From Psammoneis japonica (taxonomy: Eukaryota), in contig QPGO01000130.1 in assembly GCA_008632985.1 (NCBI GenBank), forward strand, positions 186,001-237,150: a stretch of 51,150 nt of DNA, in the 5' to 3' direction. The translations under genes were made by a program, and so were the position numbers. Position 1 is the stretch's first letter; each line of letters begins with the position of its first letter. Below are positions 1-11,410 of this stretch, one piece after another. The notes under the pieces were generated by a model, which was not told where the DNA came from, made no database searches, and saw nothing but the letters and a program-made list of their open reading frames with translations.

Positions 1-170
1 TCTGCACATGCTGTGTGCACACAAAAGTCATGTTTGTGCATCCACAAACTTGCAGCCATTGAGGTGCAGCAACATGACTTGCATGTCTGTTTGCACATGT
101 GCCATGTGTGCTCACAGATTGCACTCATGTGTCTACAGACTTGAAGCAATCAAGGTGCAGCAACATGACT
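1..170 (+). repeat. Degenerate tandem repeat, period about 91 bp
   Basis: AGGTGCAGCAACATGACT at 62-79 and 153-170. Upstream parts align with CA/TG swaps and TCCAC vs TCTAC. Confidence 0.7.
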
Positions 171-2295
171 GTGTGATGTGTCATTGAGATGCAGCCCAGC
201 CATGGTGGTGATAAAGAATCTCTAATTCCTGGGGTGCATGGGGATGGCCAATTTTGATCCTCAGATTGTTGCTCACACATGCCACATTGTGCACTTTGTC
301 AGGGGAGTGAAGTGTTCCCAAGACATCAAAAAGAGAAGAAATGGGCAAAAACCTCTGTTTTGCATGAGCAATGTGGTGGTGACTCCATGTCCATGCTGTG
401 ACTGGGCCACCAAGAGGTGTGCTGAAACATCTGACACCATGGTCTCCCTTCATTGCAAGCTTGAACAAGCCAGAAAGGTTCTTGAAAGCACACACACCCA
501 AGTGAGTGACAATCACAAGCACCATGGGGTCTGCCTTGGTGGCAGCAGAATTCTTGCAGCATGCAGACTGCAAAGAATGGGCTTGAAGGTTTTCTGGCCC
601 TGACAACCATCTTCTCCTCTACACTGGTGGTGGGGGTGACAGCAGCAAAATTGTGATGGAGCCATGATTGCACATTGGCTCACAGCAAATGGAAAACAAC
701 ATTGGCCACAAGCTTGTCCTTTAACTTGCAAAGTGAGTGGGTGAGAGGAGAAAAGCAAAAAAGGCATTGTGAGAAGAAGATGTTGAGTGCATGAGTGTTT
801 GTCTTTTTCTTCTTGTGTCACAATCTTGGTCCTCTGTTGACACAAGTGGAAGCCAGCTTCACCCCTCAGCTTGCACAGCTGAGTGCAAAATGTGGAGAAA
901 GTGGGCAACTCAAAAACTCTGCCTGCATCACCAGCTGGGGGATCAATTGCAAAAGATTTGAGCAGGGTTTGAGTCAGTGCAGCCAAGCACTGGCTTGCTC
1001 CTGGTGGTGTTCATTTTTGTCATTGTGCAGATGTTTTCTTGTGCCATTCTCCTTTTGTTGCAGTGCAGCACAGAATGAGTGCAAAAGTCACAAAACACCC
1101 TGCCAAGCTGCTGGACATTTTAGCATCTGCCAGGTGCAAGCAGTGCCACACAAGCAGAGTGGCAGGCAGTCAGCACATCTCATGCAAGTTGAGGGAAAAG
1201 TGTTTTAGAAAATGACTTTTGTTTGACTGGGCCAAAGTGGCTTGCAGAGTTGTTGCCAACACAAGCAGTCTCATGCCCCACAGTGCAAAGCTGTGCAGAT
1301 GTGCATCATGCTCAATTTCAACATTTGGGGCTTTGCCACTGGCCCACCCACCCACCCAAAATCAACTGCCCTCCAACTGCATGGCAAAGCTTTGGGCATG
1401 CTTTTCCAATGTGTGAAAACTCAAAATTCATCAATGGCAAAAATGGTGCTCATCTCTGCAATGCTTGCCTCAAAGCCATCCTGCCAACAACCCCCATCCC
1501 ATGACTGACATGCACATCCCATGGTGTTGTGACAAAAAAAACTTCTTCAGTCTGCATTGTGCACTGTCAGGTGACAAATGCAGCTGGTTGTTGCAGGTTG
1601 CATTGTGGAAATTGTGAGACTGGTTTGTCTCCATGAGAAATGGAGTTGAGTGAGCAGGGGTTGTGCAAATTCTTCTGTTGGCTCACATTTTGAATCACTT
1701 CTCTGATCCTGTTTGCACATGAAATCATGACACACACATGCACATGCTGCTTCATGTGTCAACAGCATGGGGGAGAGTTGCACATGCTGTGCTGTTCATC
1801 CTGAACATCAAGAAGAGTTGCATGCTGGATGATGGTGCAAGGACTTGCAAGTCTGTCAGGATGTGCAAGCTGCATGGTTGTTTGCTGTTGTGGTTGTGCA
1901 TTTGGTTCACTTGGCAATGCATTCTTGCAGCTGGGACTGGGAATGATCAACCCCTCAAATCTCATGCTCATTGCTGGTTGTCATGCTGGAGAGCCACTTT
2001 GCATCAACTGTGCACAACAACAGCTTGACTTGACACTCAACAAAAACACTTTTGACAACTTGTGTGTGAATGGTTTTTTTGTTCACTTGGTCTGCTTTGT
2101 TGCACTTGGGCCCACTTGGCAACTCACCCTTGCAGTGTGTGTCACAGTGTGACTTTTGCAATGTGCCCTCTCACAAATGCAGAAGTGCACACAGGAATGA
2201 GCACTGCTTGCACTGTTGCTCTGCTTGCAACTCAACAACAACTGGAGCAGCTTTTTTGTGTCATTTTTTTCAGGTTTCTGTGTGTTGCTTGGCTG

Positions 2296-2571
2296 AGCAA
2301 ACTTTTTGTTGGGTCAAACAAAAGCTGTGGCTTGAGATGGTGGCACCACGCAGCTGGGACACCACAACAGTCAGCTGTGTTGTTGCGTGTGACAACTTCA
2401 AGAATGTGAAAGCCTTCTAAACCAACAGAGCAGAGCAAAATTTTTGTTGGGTCAAACACAAGCTGTGGCTTGAGATGGTGGCACCACGCAGCTGGGACAC
2501 CACAACAGTCAGCTGTGTTGTTGCATGTGACAACATCAAGAATGTGAAAGCCTTCTAAACCAACAGAGCAG
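2296..2571 (+). repeat. Near-perfect 138-bp tandem duplication
   Basis: Two copies of TTTTTGTTGGGTCAAAC...CCTTCTAAACCAACAGAGCAG with only a few differences. Confidence 0.95.
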
Positions 2572-3919
2572 TTGTTGTAAAAAAGCATGGCTGCATCATT
2601 CAGTGGTGAATCCATGTTGAAAACTGGACACAAAGGTTGCATTGAACCACACACTTGCATGCAGCAGTGATGGCACATGAGGGAGAGTTGCACAGGCAGT
2701 GCGCTGCATCATGTCATTGTGGCACAGTGGGTGCCATGGCAGCAACAGTCCATCTGGAGGTCAACATTCTGACTTGCTCACTGCTCCACTCTTGAGCACA
2801 TTGCACTGATGGCAAATGGGGTGGAAAAATGGGGAGCTTGTGACGTGGCACATTTGAGCTCCCAAAATGCCAAATTTCCAGTAAAAACTTGACAAGCAAC
2901 ACCTGTCTTTGCAATTTGCTGACAATTTTGGCCTCAAATTGATGGTTGGAAAACAGATGTGCTTAATTTTTCTTGCAGGAGAGTTTCCACAGGAATTTGT
3001 GCAGAATGAAATCATGCTTGTTTCATGGCTGAAATTCGCCCCTGAGCAGGGGCCTCTGCTCAAACATTTGGCCATGTGAATTGTGCTGAGGGGCAAATTC
3101 TGAAAAAGGAGTTGGGCATGCTTGTGTGTTCTTTTTGTCATGTTAGATAGATTGTCAGCATTTGGTGAACATCAACTTTCGCAATGCCCACATCTGAAAA
3201 TCAGGTTGCTTTTCCAATTGTCTCTTGTTTTGCAAAAGCTGTTTGTGAGGGATGTGGCAACAACAGACACTGCAGTGGCACAAGAAGTCCTGCTGGACTG
3301 CTTTTTAGAGTTCTTCCTTTCCTTCTCATGCTCAGCAACAGTTGATTCTCTCTTTCACTTCTGGCAAACTGCTTGCCTTTTGATTTGCTGTTTTTGGGCT
3401 GGCACTGCTTTTTGTGGCTCTTTTTCTTTGGCGTCATGGTTGTCTCATGAAAGATGAGGGAGAAGTGACTTCAAACAGTGCTCCTCTGTTGTTGGGCACA
3501 TTGGCAGCAGCTTGCAAAGACGATGAAATGGTTTGACAGTGTGCAGAGTTGTCGTGGTGCAGGGGGGTTCTTGGAAATGGACAGCTTGTTGACTTCATTT
3601 TTGGCATGCCAGCAGGAACTTGGTGCGACAATGCTGCGCACGCAATTTTAAGTGGGACAACACTGAAGCGGCAGTTGTCCATCAGCTCATTCAAAAATTT
3701 GCACAATGCCAATGGCACTTTCACGATGATGATGCGGTGGTGGTGTCAGCACTTTCCCACAGCCATGCCACAGCACATCTTTCTTGATGTGACAACATGA
3801 TTAAGGAGAATGGCCAGTTTTGTGCAAACCACAGGAGCTTTGTTCATGCATGAATCACACACGGTTGGCTTGTCAACTTGTGCTTGCAGCCATGTTTCTG
3901 TGGATGTGCAAATGGTGCG

Positions 3920-4530
3920 CGGTGCCTTTGTGCTGCTGACACTTGCAGCGGTTGGAGCCTTTGCATCACTGCCACTTGTGGTGGTTGGGAGCCTTTGCAC
4001 TGCTGCAGAAGGATAGTTGGAGCATTTGTGCTGCTGCAGAAGGACAGCTTGGACTCTTTGCACTGTTTCAGAAATGACAGTTGGAGCCTTGGCACTGTTG
4101 CCACCTGTGGTGGTTGGAGTCTTTGCATTGCTGCCTCTTGTGGTGGTTGGGAGCCTTTACACTGCTGCAGAAGGACAGTTGGAGCCTTTGTGCTGCTGCT
4201 GCAGAAGAACAGTTGGGGCCTTTGTGCCACTTCAGAAAGGACAGTTGAGCATTGACACTGTTGCCACCTGTGGTGGTTGAAGTCTTTGCATTGCTGCCTC
4301 TTGTGGTGGTTGGGAGCCTTTGTGCTGTTGCAGAAGGATGGTCGGAGCCTTCGTGTTGCTGCAGAAGGACATTTAGATCCTTTGCACTGCTTCAGAAAGG
4401 ACGGTTGGAGCCTTTGCACCACTGCCTTGCCAGTGATGAGTGGGAGCCTTTGTGCTGCTGAAAAAGGATGGTCGCAGCCTTTGTGCTGCTTCACAAGGAC
4501 AGTTGGACCATTTGTGCTGCTTCAGAAAAG
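3920..4530 (+). repeat. Degenerate minisatellite (GTTGGAGCCTTTG.../CTGCAGAAGGA units), possibly a decayed ankyrin-like repeat gene
   Basis: Many imperfect copies of (G)TTGG(G)AGCCTTTG(C/T) and GCAGAAGGA. One frame reads AAEGHLDPLHCFRKDGWSL. Confidence 0.7.
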
Positions 4531-5469
4531 ATGGTCAGGCAATGACAGCGCCGCTGCCGGTGGCAACACTTGTCATGAACCAGAAGCTGCAATCAAATGA
4601 CAACCATTGAAAATGATGATGAAAATTGAATGAGTGGGTTTTGCATGCAAGCCAGAATGTTGGCACATTGTCACATGTGGAAGTGATGCTGCAGTCAACA
4701 TTGAATTAGAAGAAACTTCAAATTGCAGCCTGCTGTTGTGCCATCACAGTTTCTCATGTGCTGGTTTGATGGATCTTCAAGATTGCTGCATGGAGCTGCA
4801 AAGAAACAAGCAAGCAGAATCCCACACGGTTTGTGCTGGCATGCCAAAAACTGAAACTTGACAAGCTGTCCATTCCAAGAGACTGAAACATGCTGCACAC
4901 ACAAAATCTGTGTGTCACCCATGTGCTGCAAAACACCTGACAATTGTCACAATGAAAAGCAGCTAATTTCCCATGCAATTTTTCACTCAGCCTCAACAAA
5001 AGTTCAAGAAAAGTGGCACAGTTTGATTGGCATCACGCAGAACCCACGGACTTCTTAGTGCACAAGATTCTGATGACTGGCAGACCAGGAAAAATGCCAA
5101 AATCACATCATGACATCAAGGTTGACAATGGAGTTGCTCGTCTTGTCCATGCTCTTCACAAACAATGTCACAGCTCCCAACAAACATTGCTGCTGTCAAC
5201 ACAGGCATGAGAGGCATTCCCAATCACATCGGAGATGAGTCTGTGCAACATTTGCTTGACCGCCATTGGAGCAGATGTCAGATGAGCTGCAGGGGTTGTG
5301 TTGAAGATGACAAAGGCTTCACCGCACTGAAAGGAAGCAGTGTGATGAAGATGGAAAACAAATGCAAGCTGTTGGTGGCATTTGTGGAGAGGCCTGTAAA
5401 GGCTGGCTTCCAAGCACCAGCACGGCAGAGCAAGGAGCATGCTGTCACCACGAGCTCCATGCAAATCTT

Positions 5470-6700
5470 GGATTGCGAACATGATGGCTGACATCCTCAG
5501 CTTGAATGATGTGAAGAACAAGTGCCATGTGACTTTTGACAACCGAGTGGCGGATGAGTTCCAACTGCTGGACAAGAAGACTGGCAAATGAGCCACAGTG
5601 TTCAAAGTGAATGATGTTGTGCTGCACACCTTTGCACCAAGCCAGAAATTCTTTGACTGTGCAAAAGATCTCCAAGAAAGCAAGTTGCATGTCAGCATGC
5701 TGTCAAAGAAGAGGAAAAAAAGAATGGCAAGCAACAAGAAGCACAGAAGTGCATCAGGAGCTGCAGCTCCAACAGCGGAGCAGAGTTCCACAGGCTGCAC
5801 CAAGAGAGAGAGGCAACAAGCACCAAGCAAGCACTCAGACTGCACTGCACAGCTGGAACACCCCAGAGTGAGGGATTTCAAGCTGTTCCTGTGATCCAAC
5901 CAGGTGAAAAACTTGTCCATTGCATCTGAAAATGCAAACAGAATGGCGCCCATTTGGGGTTCATCAACAGATGTGCCAAAAGGCAAGACCAAGCATGCAC
6001 ATCATCCCCATGAGAGGAATGACAAATGACATCACAGCAGTTCTGCCTGAGACACATGAGAAGCAGAGATGTGGTGCAATCCTCTGCATTGATGCTGTGG
6101 AAGCATGCAGCGTCAAGCTGCTGTTTGCAATTGACAAGATGATCAAGTGTCAATTGAGTGTGAGATTGAAGTCCAAGAAGCACGTTGATGTGTGCAATGG
6201 GCTGGACATGCAGTGTGCTGGACATGGCTCTCCAACAGCACAACATGGCTCTGCTCAAGATTGACTTTGTGGAGTGTGTTCCCAAGTTCAAGGCCATGCT
6301 GGTGGAAGTCATGGACAGTGTGAACTCAGATCTGACATGTGCAAATGCAAATGACCATGTTCCAGAAGTCAAGCAGAGCATGCAGACCACCAAGGAGTGA
6401 ACTCAAGCCACTGCACACCACATGCCGCACAAGATGACACCCAAGTTGATGTGCAAGCATGCAGTGATCAAGAACACTGTCATGCCAAACATGTGCCCCA
6501 AAAAAGAGGGGATTTCTGACACTTGCAGTCCACACAGAACCTTGATTGTGACAAACACTTTCAGCTCAAGATTGGGAAATTTGCACTTTCTCACATTGAG
6601 AATGACCCGATGAAAACCACGGATGCATGTGGCATTGACAGCACATGCCTGCAGCCATGTTTTGATTTGCCCAAGGGCAGACACTGTGCCATGAACTCTT
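5470..6700 (+). mobile_element. Decayed Ty1/copia (diatom CoDi-type) pol fragment: pre-integrase and integrase region
   Basis: Fragments DILSLNDVKNKCHVTFDN, RDFKLFL*SNQVKN, LTCANANDHVPE, MPHKMTPKLM, GISDTCSPH, NLDCDKH, ENDP...IDSTCLQP match diatom copia integrase motifs, with Tyr->Cys/His changes, stops and frameshifts. Confidence 0.75.
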
Positions 6701-7576
6701 CTAATTTGCTTTTCTTCATTCAATTCTTGCAACTAAAACATGGAGCAAATGTGCAGGACAGCAAGGACCATCACTTTTGCAGAGTTCACCAGCTCCGCAT
6801 TCAACCTGTCGTTTGATCCAGAGCCTCTCCTTGACGATCCTCGCGTCTCGCTTTCAAATTCAGTGCATCCCATTCCTGACAAGGCACCAACAACAGAAGC
6901 CAGTCTTCTAGCCTCTGAAGCTGCCAGTGCTTCAGAAGCACATTGGCAGCCAATTGACACATTGGCCCAGTCCTTCTACTTCCATGCCCACCTTGTGGCC
7001 CTTGCAGCTTGTTGCAGCATTTAGTCTGCAGCCAACTCCTGTTAACGCATTTTTCTGTTTTAAGACCAAGCTTTGCAAGTGTCGCAACTACATCCACTCA
7101 AATTTGGCCGGATTGCCTTCCTGCAAAAAAGGCATCGCACACACAGTCGGCAAAGGCCACTTGAGAACTGCGAATCACTTTTTAACTGGTGAAGCCGCGT
7201 TGCTTCTTCCACAGAAAACGAGCCAGCCTTTCTTTGTCGCCCAACATCAGCCTCTCGTGGAAACTGGTATTAACTAAAAAGCCATTATAAAGAATGAAGG
7301 AGAGAGGAGAAGACACTATTACAATAATGCGTAATCTCCCTCTCCAAAACCCTACTGTAGGCCTAGGAATACTCAATATAACATGCAAAGTCCTCTCACG
7401 TTTCTTTGTTTTTTGTTGTTTTGAGCCCTTTTTTCAACTGCAACGGATTCAAAAAAGTGCAATTATTTCTTCAAGAATCACCATCAAATTATGCATGCCC
7501 ACCGAAACCCATGTAAAATACTCAAGATATCATGCATCAGCCACACCGTGAAACACATGCAGTATGCAGGCATGCA

Positions 7577-9184
7577 TCACTCGTCCTCATCCTCACAAAT
7601 ATTTTCGTACCAGTTGAGCTGGAACTCATAGGTTATCACTCCTATCACGTCGTCTCTACCATCTCCATTAACATCAACAGCAAAGACACCATTGGAAGTA
7701 TAATAAGCCGAAGAAACTGGAGGTTCAACATCAATAACGTGCCTGGTAAATTCCTGGTTCCCATTATTCTGAAACCAGTGGATACCATTCAAGTTGTTTG
7801 AAGTGGCAAAGTCTTTAAAGCCGTCTCCATTGAAATCGGCGAAAGCAATGTGATTAATTTGCTGCGTTTGTTCTCCAATCATTTGTCTGGGTTCGAAACC
7901 ACTTCCGTTGTTCTTGTACCAAACTATTCCATTATTAGAATCGTCTGCCACCAAATCAATTTTGCCATCGCCGTCAAGGTCCTCGGCAAAAACTACACGG
8001 TAGGAAGTGTCTTCGTCGATAAGGGTCTTGGTAAAAGACAAATTATCTCCCGAATTGTGATACCACCATAGTTTCGGAGAAATCCTAGTAGTACCGTCAT
8101 CATTCTGATCCAGCTCAAGTGCAACTACCACCACATCTTTGGACCCGCTCCCAAAATCAGCGGCAGCGACAGAGACAGGTATGGCATTCACAAGGCCATT
8201 GTCAACAAAGTGCATGGCAAAGGTCCCACTTCCGTTGTTTTCATACCAAGCAACTTCAGCACCTGTAAGGGCTGAGCAGGCCACGACATCCAAGTCCCCG
8301 TCACCATCAAAGTCAGTAGTCAAAACCCAAACTGGAAATTGTGACTGACGGTTGTCAATACACTGATCCTCTTTAAATTCTTTAGAGGCATCAACATATT
8401 GGTACAACTGAATGCAGCGTTCCCTGTGTAGTGCTGCTAAAACTTCAATGTTGCCATCGCAATAAAAGTCAGCAGCAATTATTGATTGAGACGTCGCTTC
8501 TCCTTGTTCCATAAGGTGTTTTGTCCATACAATTTGTCCATTGTTGACACCTTGTTCATACCAATAGAAGTAGGGGACTCTTCCCTGCACGTGGTAGCGC
8601 TCCGTCGCTAGCACATCAATTAAACCATCGTTGTTTAGGTCCACAGCAAAGGTAGAGAAGCCCTTCATGAAGTCTGGATCAATGACACGCTTTTCAAACT
8701 TCACTTTCTTACAGACGTCGCGAGAGCAACCTTCCGCAGAATTCGGGTCGCCGCTGTATCCCGATTTGCAGGTACACACGCCCGCTGGATCTTCACTGGT
8801 CACACACTCTGTTCCAGGACCGCATGAGTAGTCAATTGTTTCCGTCAAGCAATGACATTGATCATCCGGGGCTGATTCCTCAAAGTCGACAAGGTAGCAT
8901 GGATCCATCCCACCAGCGGCATGAGCGCACACAGCCTCGCAGTTTCCTGCACAGGCACCGTATATCCAGTCTCCGTGACCTGCGTGGGCGGGCAATGAAT
9001 ACTTGTTGACAGATAAAGTCCTAAATATCACTGTTTCAGGACTCATCCCATCTCCTTCATCTGTGCGGTGACAAATGTCAACATTAGTCCCCTTCAACCC
9101 ATGATGATGCTGAAAGGCGTTTGCTGCCCCGGCTGCAGAGGCAAAAGCAAACGCAAGTGTCAAGGCATTCTTTGATACCACCAT
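7577..9184 (-). CDS. Secreted FG-GAP/VCBS-repeat (beta-propeller) protein with an EGF-like module, 535 aa
   Basis: Intact ORF with signal peptide, CGPGTEC...CTCKSGYSG EGF-like segment, and repeated DxNxDGxxD...WYxN motifs (DLNNDGLID, DFDGDGDLD, DLDGDGKID, DFNGDGFKD, DVNGDGRDD). Confidence 0.9.
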   Translation of the reverse strand: MVVSKNALTLAFAFASAAGAANAFQHHHGLKGTNVDICHRTDEGDGMSPETVIFRTLSVNKYSLPAHAGHGDWIYGACAGNCEAVCAHAAGGMDPCYLVDFEESAPDDQCHCLTETIDYSCGPGTECVTSEDPAGVCTCKSGYSGDPNSAEGCSRDVCKKVKFEKRVIDPDFMKGFSTFAVDLNNDGLIDVLATERYHVQGRVPYFYWYEQGVNNGQIVWTKHLMEQGEATSQSIIAADFYCDGNIEVLAALHRERCIQLYQYVDASKEFKEDQCIDNRQSQFPVWVLTTDFDGDGDLDVVACSALTGAEVAWYENNGSGTFAMHFVDNGLVNAIPVSVAAADFGSGSKDVVVVALELDQNDDGTTRISPKLWWYHNSGDNLSFTKTLIDEDTSYRVVFAEDLDGDGKIDLVADDSNNGIVWYKNNGSGFEPRQMIGEQTQQINHIAFADFNGDGFKDFATSNNLNGIHWFQNNGNQEFTRHVIDVEPPVSSAYYTSNGVFAVDVNGDGRDDVIGVITYEFQLNWYENICEDEDE

Positions 9185-9469
9185 GTTTAGTAGCTTCGCT
9201 TGTTGTTATTGATTGCATATTGCATCTGTACTTTTGTTATTCGTGTTCACGTTAAAATTATGCCAGGTGCCGGCGGGATAGACTCTCTCTACTCTCTACT
9301 ACTACTAGCTACTCTAGAGTAGTAGAGAGCGCCACAATCAAACGCGATAGGAGACACAGGCTTCTCGTTTCGTGACACCTTGCGGCGTGCAGCGCAACCA
9401 AGCTCCCACTGCAAGCCATGGTGTTTTTTCTGGGATTGAAGAATTCGATCGTGTTGTACATTTTAAAAA

Positions 9470-11410
9470 AGTATTCAGTTATGTACAGCCTATAAAGAAT
9501 GGAAGGGAACAGCAGCGAGGGAGGCACGGCGCCGTACGGCCGGAACACTCCCAGCTTGGGAGGTCTGTAATTGGTACGGGCACGGAAGCAACTGCAGTGG
9601 CGGTGGAGTAGAACGGGTGAAAACACAAGACGTAGGGCATTTGGTCGATGGGATAGGAGATGAAGGAGCAGGAAGAGAGGAAGCAAATTGGAGGGCGTGC
9701 ATGGAGAGGTGAAGGACCACATTGTAGCTAAAAGCTTGAAGAGCCCATTGGGAGGGAGTGGCAGTGCGACAAGTGCTGCCAAAGCGGTCGGAGGACAGGC
9801 GACACCATGCGAAGTCAGCGAATGGGAGAAGAGCAGATGGAGAGGACAAGGCACAGAGAAAGGCAGAGCAGGAAGCATTGAAGTTCCCCAAAAGTCAGAA
9901 GGAGAGGACCAGGGAGGTTTGGGTTGGGATCGGATGGAGGAAAATGTGGAGCCAAAGAGAAGACGGTGAGCAAAAAATCCAAGACCACCAAGGTGATCAA
10001 CGGTGAAAGGGAGAAGGAAGATGCCATCATTGTTGAACAAAGCAACAATGAGGGATCCATTGGCAGATGAAGTGGAGGGGGCCATGGGACTTCAGTCTCG
10101 TGCTTGTGTGGTGTGCCTCAGTTAGAATGGGGGAAGAGGGGGGGCAGGCAGACCAGGGGGGTGAGAGGGAGCTTGGGGTGCATTGACATCGACCGCAATG
10201 CAGTGGTGGTGGGAAGGAGCTGAAAGCAAAGCAGGGGGAGGGATGGAAATGCCAACACCGGCAGGGTGGAGGAGCGGATGGGTGGAGAGCAGATTCAAAG
10301 GCTCAAGATGAACATCATTGGGAGAATGACAGAGCTGAGCAAGGGGCCCCAAAGTTTGGGCTAGGATGAAGAGGGTGTCACGAAGGCTGTTGGAGAGCTT
10401 GGATTTGTTGGTGCGATGGCAAGAGAAGGTGTGGTTGCCACAGGTGCAAAGGGTGGCATGGCCACAAGGACAGGGTGCATTGACAAGGGAGGAAGGAAGG
10501 ATGGGAAGGCGGAGCTTGCATTTGACGGCAATGACGCAGGCGTCAGAAGGAAGGCGGGAGCTCTGGAAGCGTCGGGAAAAGGAATGAAGAGGGAGGCTGG
10601 CAAGCAGGGACAGCAGCAAAGGCAGAGAAACTTGCACTTTGGAGGGAGCATCAGTGAGGGTGGAAGCAACGACCTGTTGCTGGTGGTCATGGTAAAGTTG
10701 GCGGGCTGGGCCGGGAAGAGCAGCTGACTTAACTGGAGCAGCCAGGGAGGCAGGATAGAGAGGTTGTGCTAAGAGGACAGAGACAGCTGGAAACAGTGCA
10801 GAAGGGGAACAGCAAGAATGCCTGATGGCAGTTTGATGCCATGGGATGCAAAGCAAAATGAGTGGAGGAGAGACATGATGAATGATGGGATGGCAGTGGC
10901 CATTGGATTGCAGAGGCCAAGGCCACCAAGCAATGCCAGAAGGAAGGTCATGTGGTTGGGAAGAGGAGCAGCATGGGAGGCAGCATGGCAGAGAAATCAA
11001 TGAATGATGGTGAAAAGGGAGTCTTGAAAGGAAGAGGTCTCCAAAGGAAGGGATCAGAGGGATTGTCAGGGTCAAAGTTGTGACAGAAGTCAGCACCAAG
11101 AAGGTGGGCAGAGGAAGGAGTGAAGCAGTGTTTGAAAAGTTGACCTTGGGTTTGTTTGTCATGAAGGTGAGTGAGGAGCATGTCAACTTTATGAGAGAGA
11201 GTCAAGGAAATGTCGGAGAGAAAGGAGTTGGCAAAGTCTTAAGAGCCAAGAGGCTGGCAAAGGAAGTGGACACCAGAGATGAGCTTGGAGTTGTGTTTGC
11301 AGGGTTGAGACAGGAGAGAGTGGCACAGAGAGGGTTGGCTCAGGATGGGGAAAGAGCAGGGAAGGGGCAAACACCAGCAATGGAGGTGAGAATCTTGGTT
11401 TTGTCACCTT
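9470..11410 (-). mobile_element. 3' part of a CRE-like (RLE-type) non-LTR retrotransposon, decayed
   Basis: GGLGLxxP RT-thumb motif, then CPCG...G(D)HxxSC...RD...EP...(R)PA(D)V...IAVDV zinc-knuckle/RLE motifs, then LLPFTVDHLGGLG. Frameshifted. Confidence 0.65.

Larger units (their letters stand above)
1..6900. other. TpA- and CpG-depleted (hypermutated) repeat domain 1
   Basis: About 25 TA dinucleotides in 6.8 kb by manual scan (several hundred expected), few CG, large excess of TG/CA. ORFs are Cys/His-rich and nearly Tyr-free. Confidence 0.9.

Noticed and set aside
3920..4530. CRISPR-like repeat array
   Set aside because: Units are degenerate and irregularly spaced with no unique spacers, there are no cas genes, and the context is eukaryotic.
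4880..5440. Possible THAP-like or transposase fragment (C..C...FH...W)
   Set aside because: Too degraded. Cys/His are uninformative in converted DNA.
181..5460. Dense overlapping Cys/His-rich ORFs in all six frames (also at 38000-47300)
   Set aside because: They follow from loss of TAA/TAG stops and TG/CA enrichment. No coherent domains, so not called as genes or metal-binding proteins.
6740..7280. Possible decayed gene fragment across the domain edge
   Set aside because: Short ORFs on both strands with stops and no recognisable motif.
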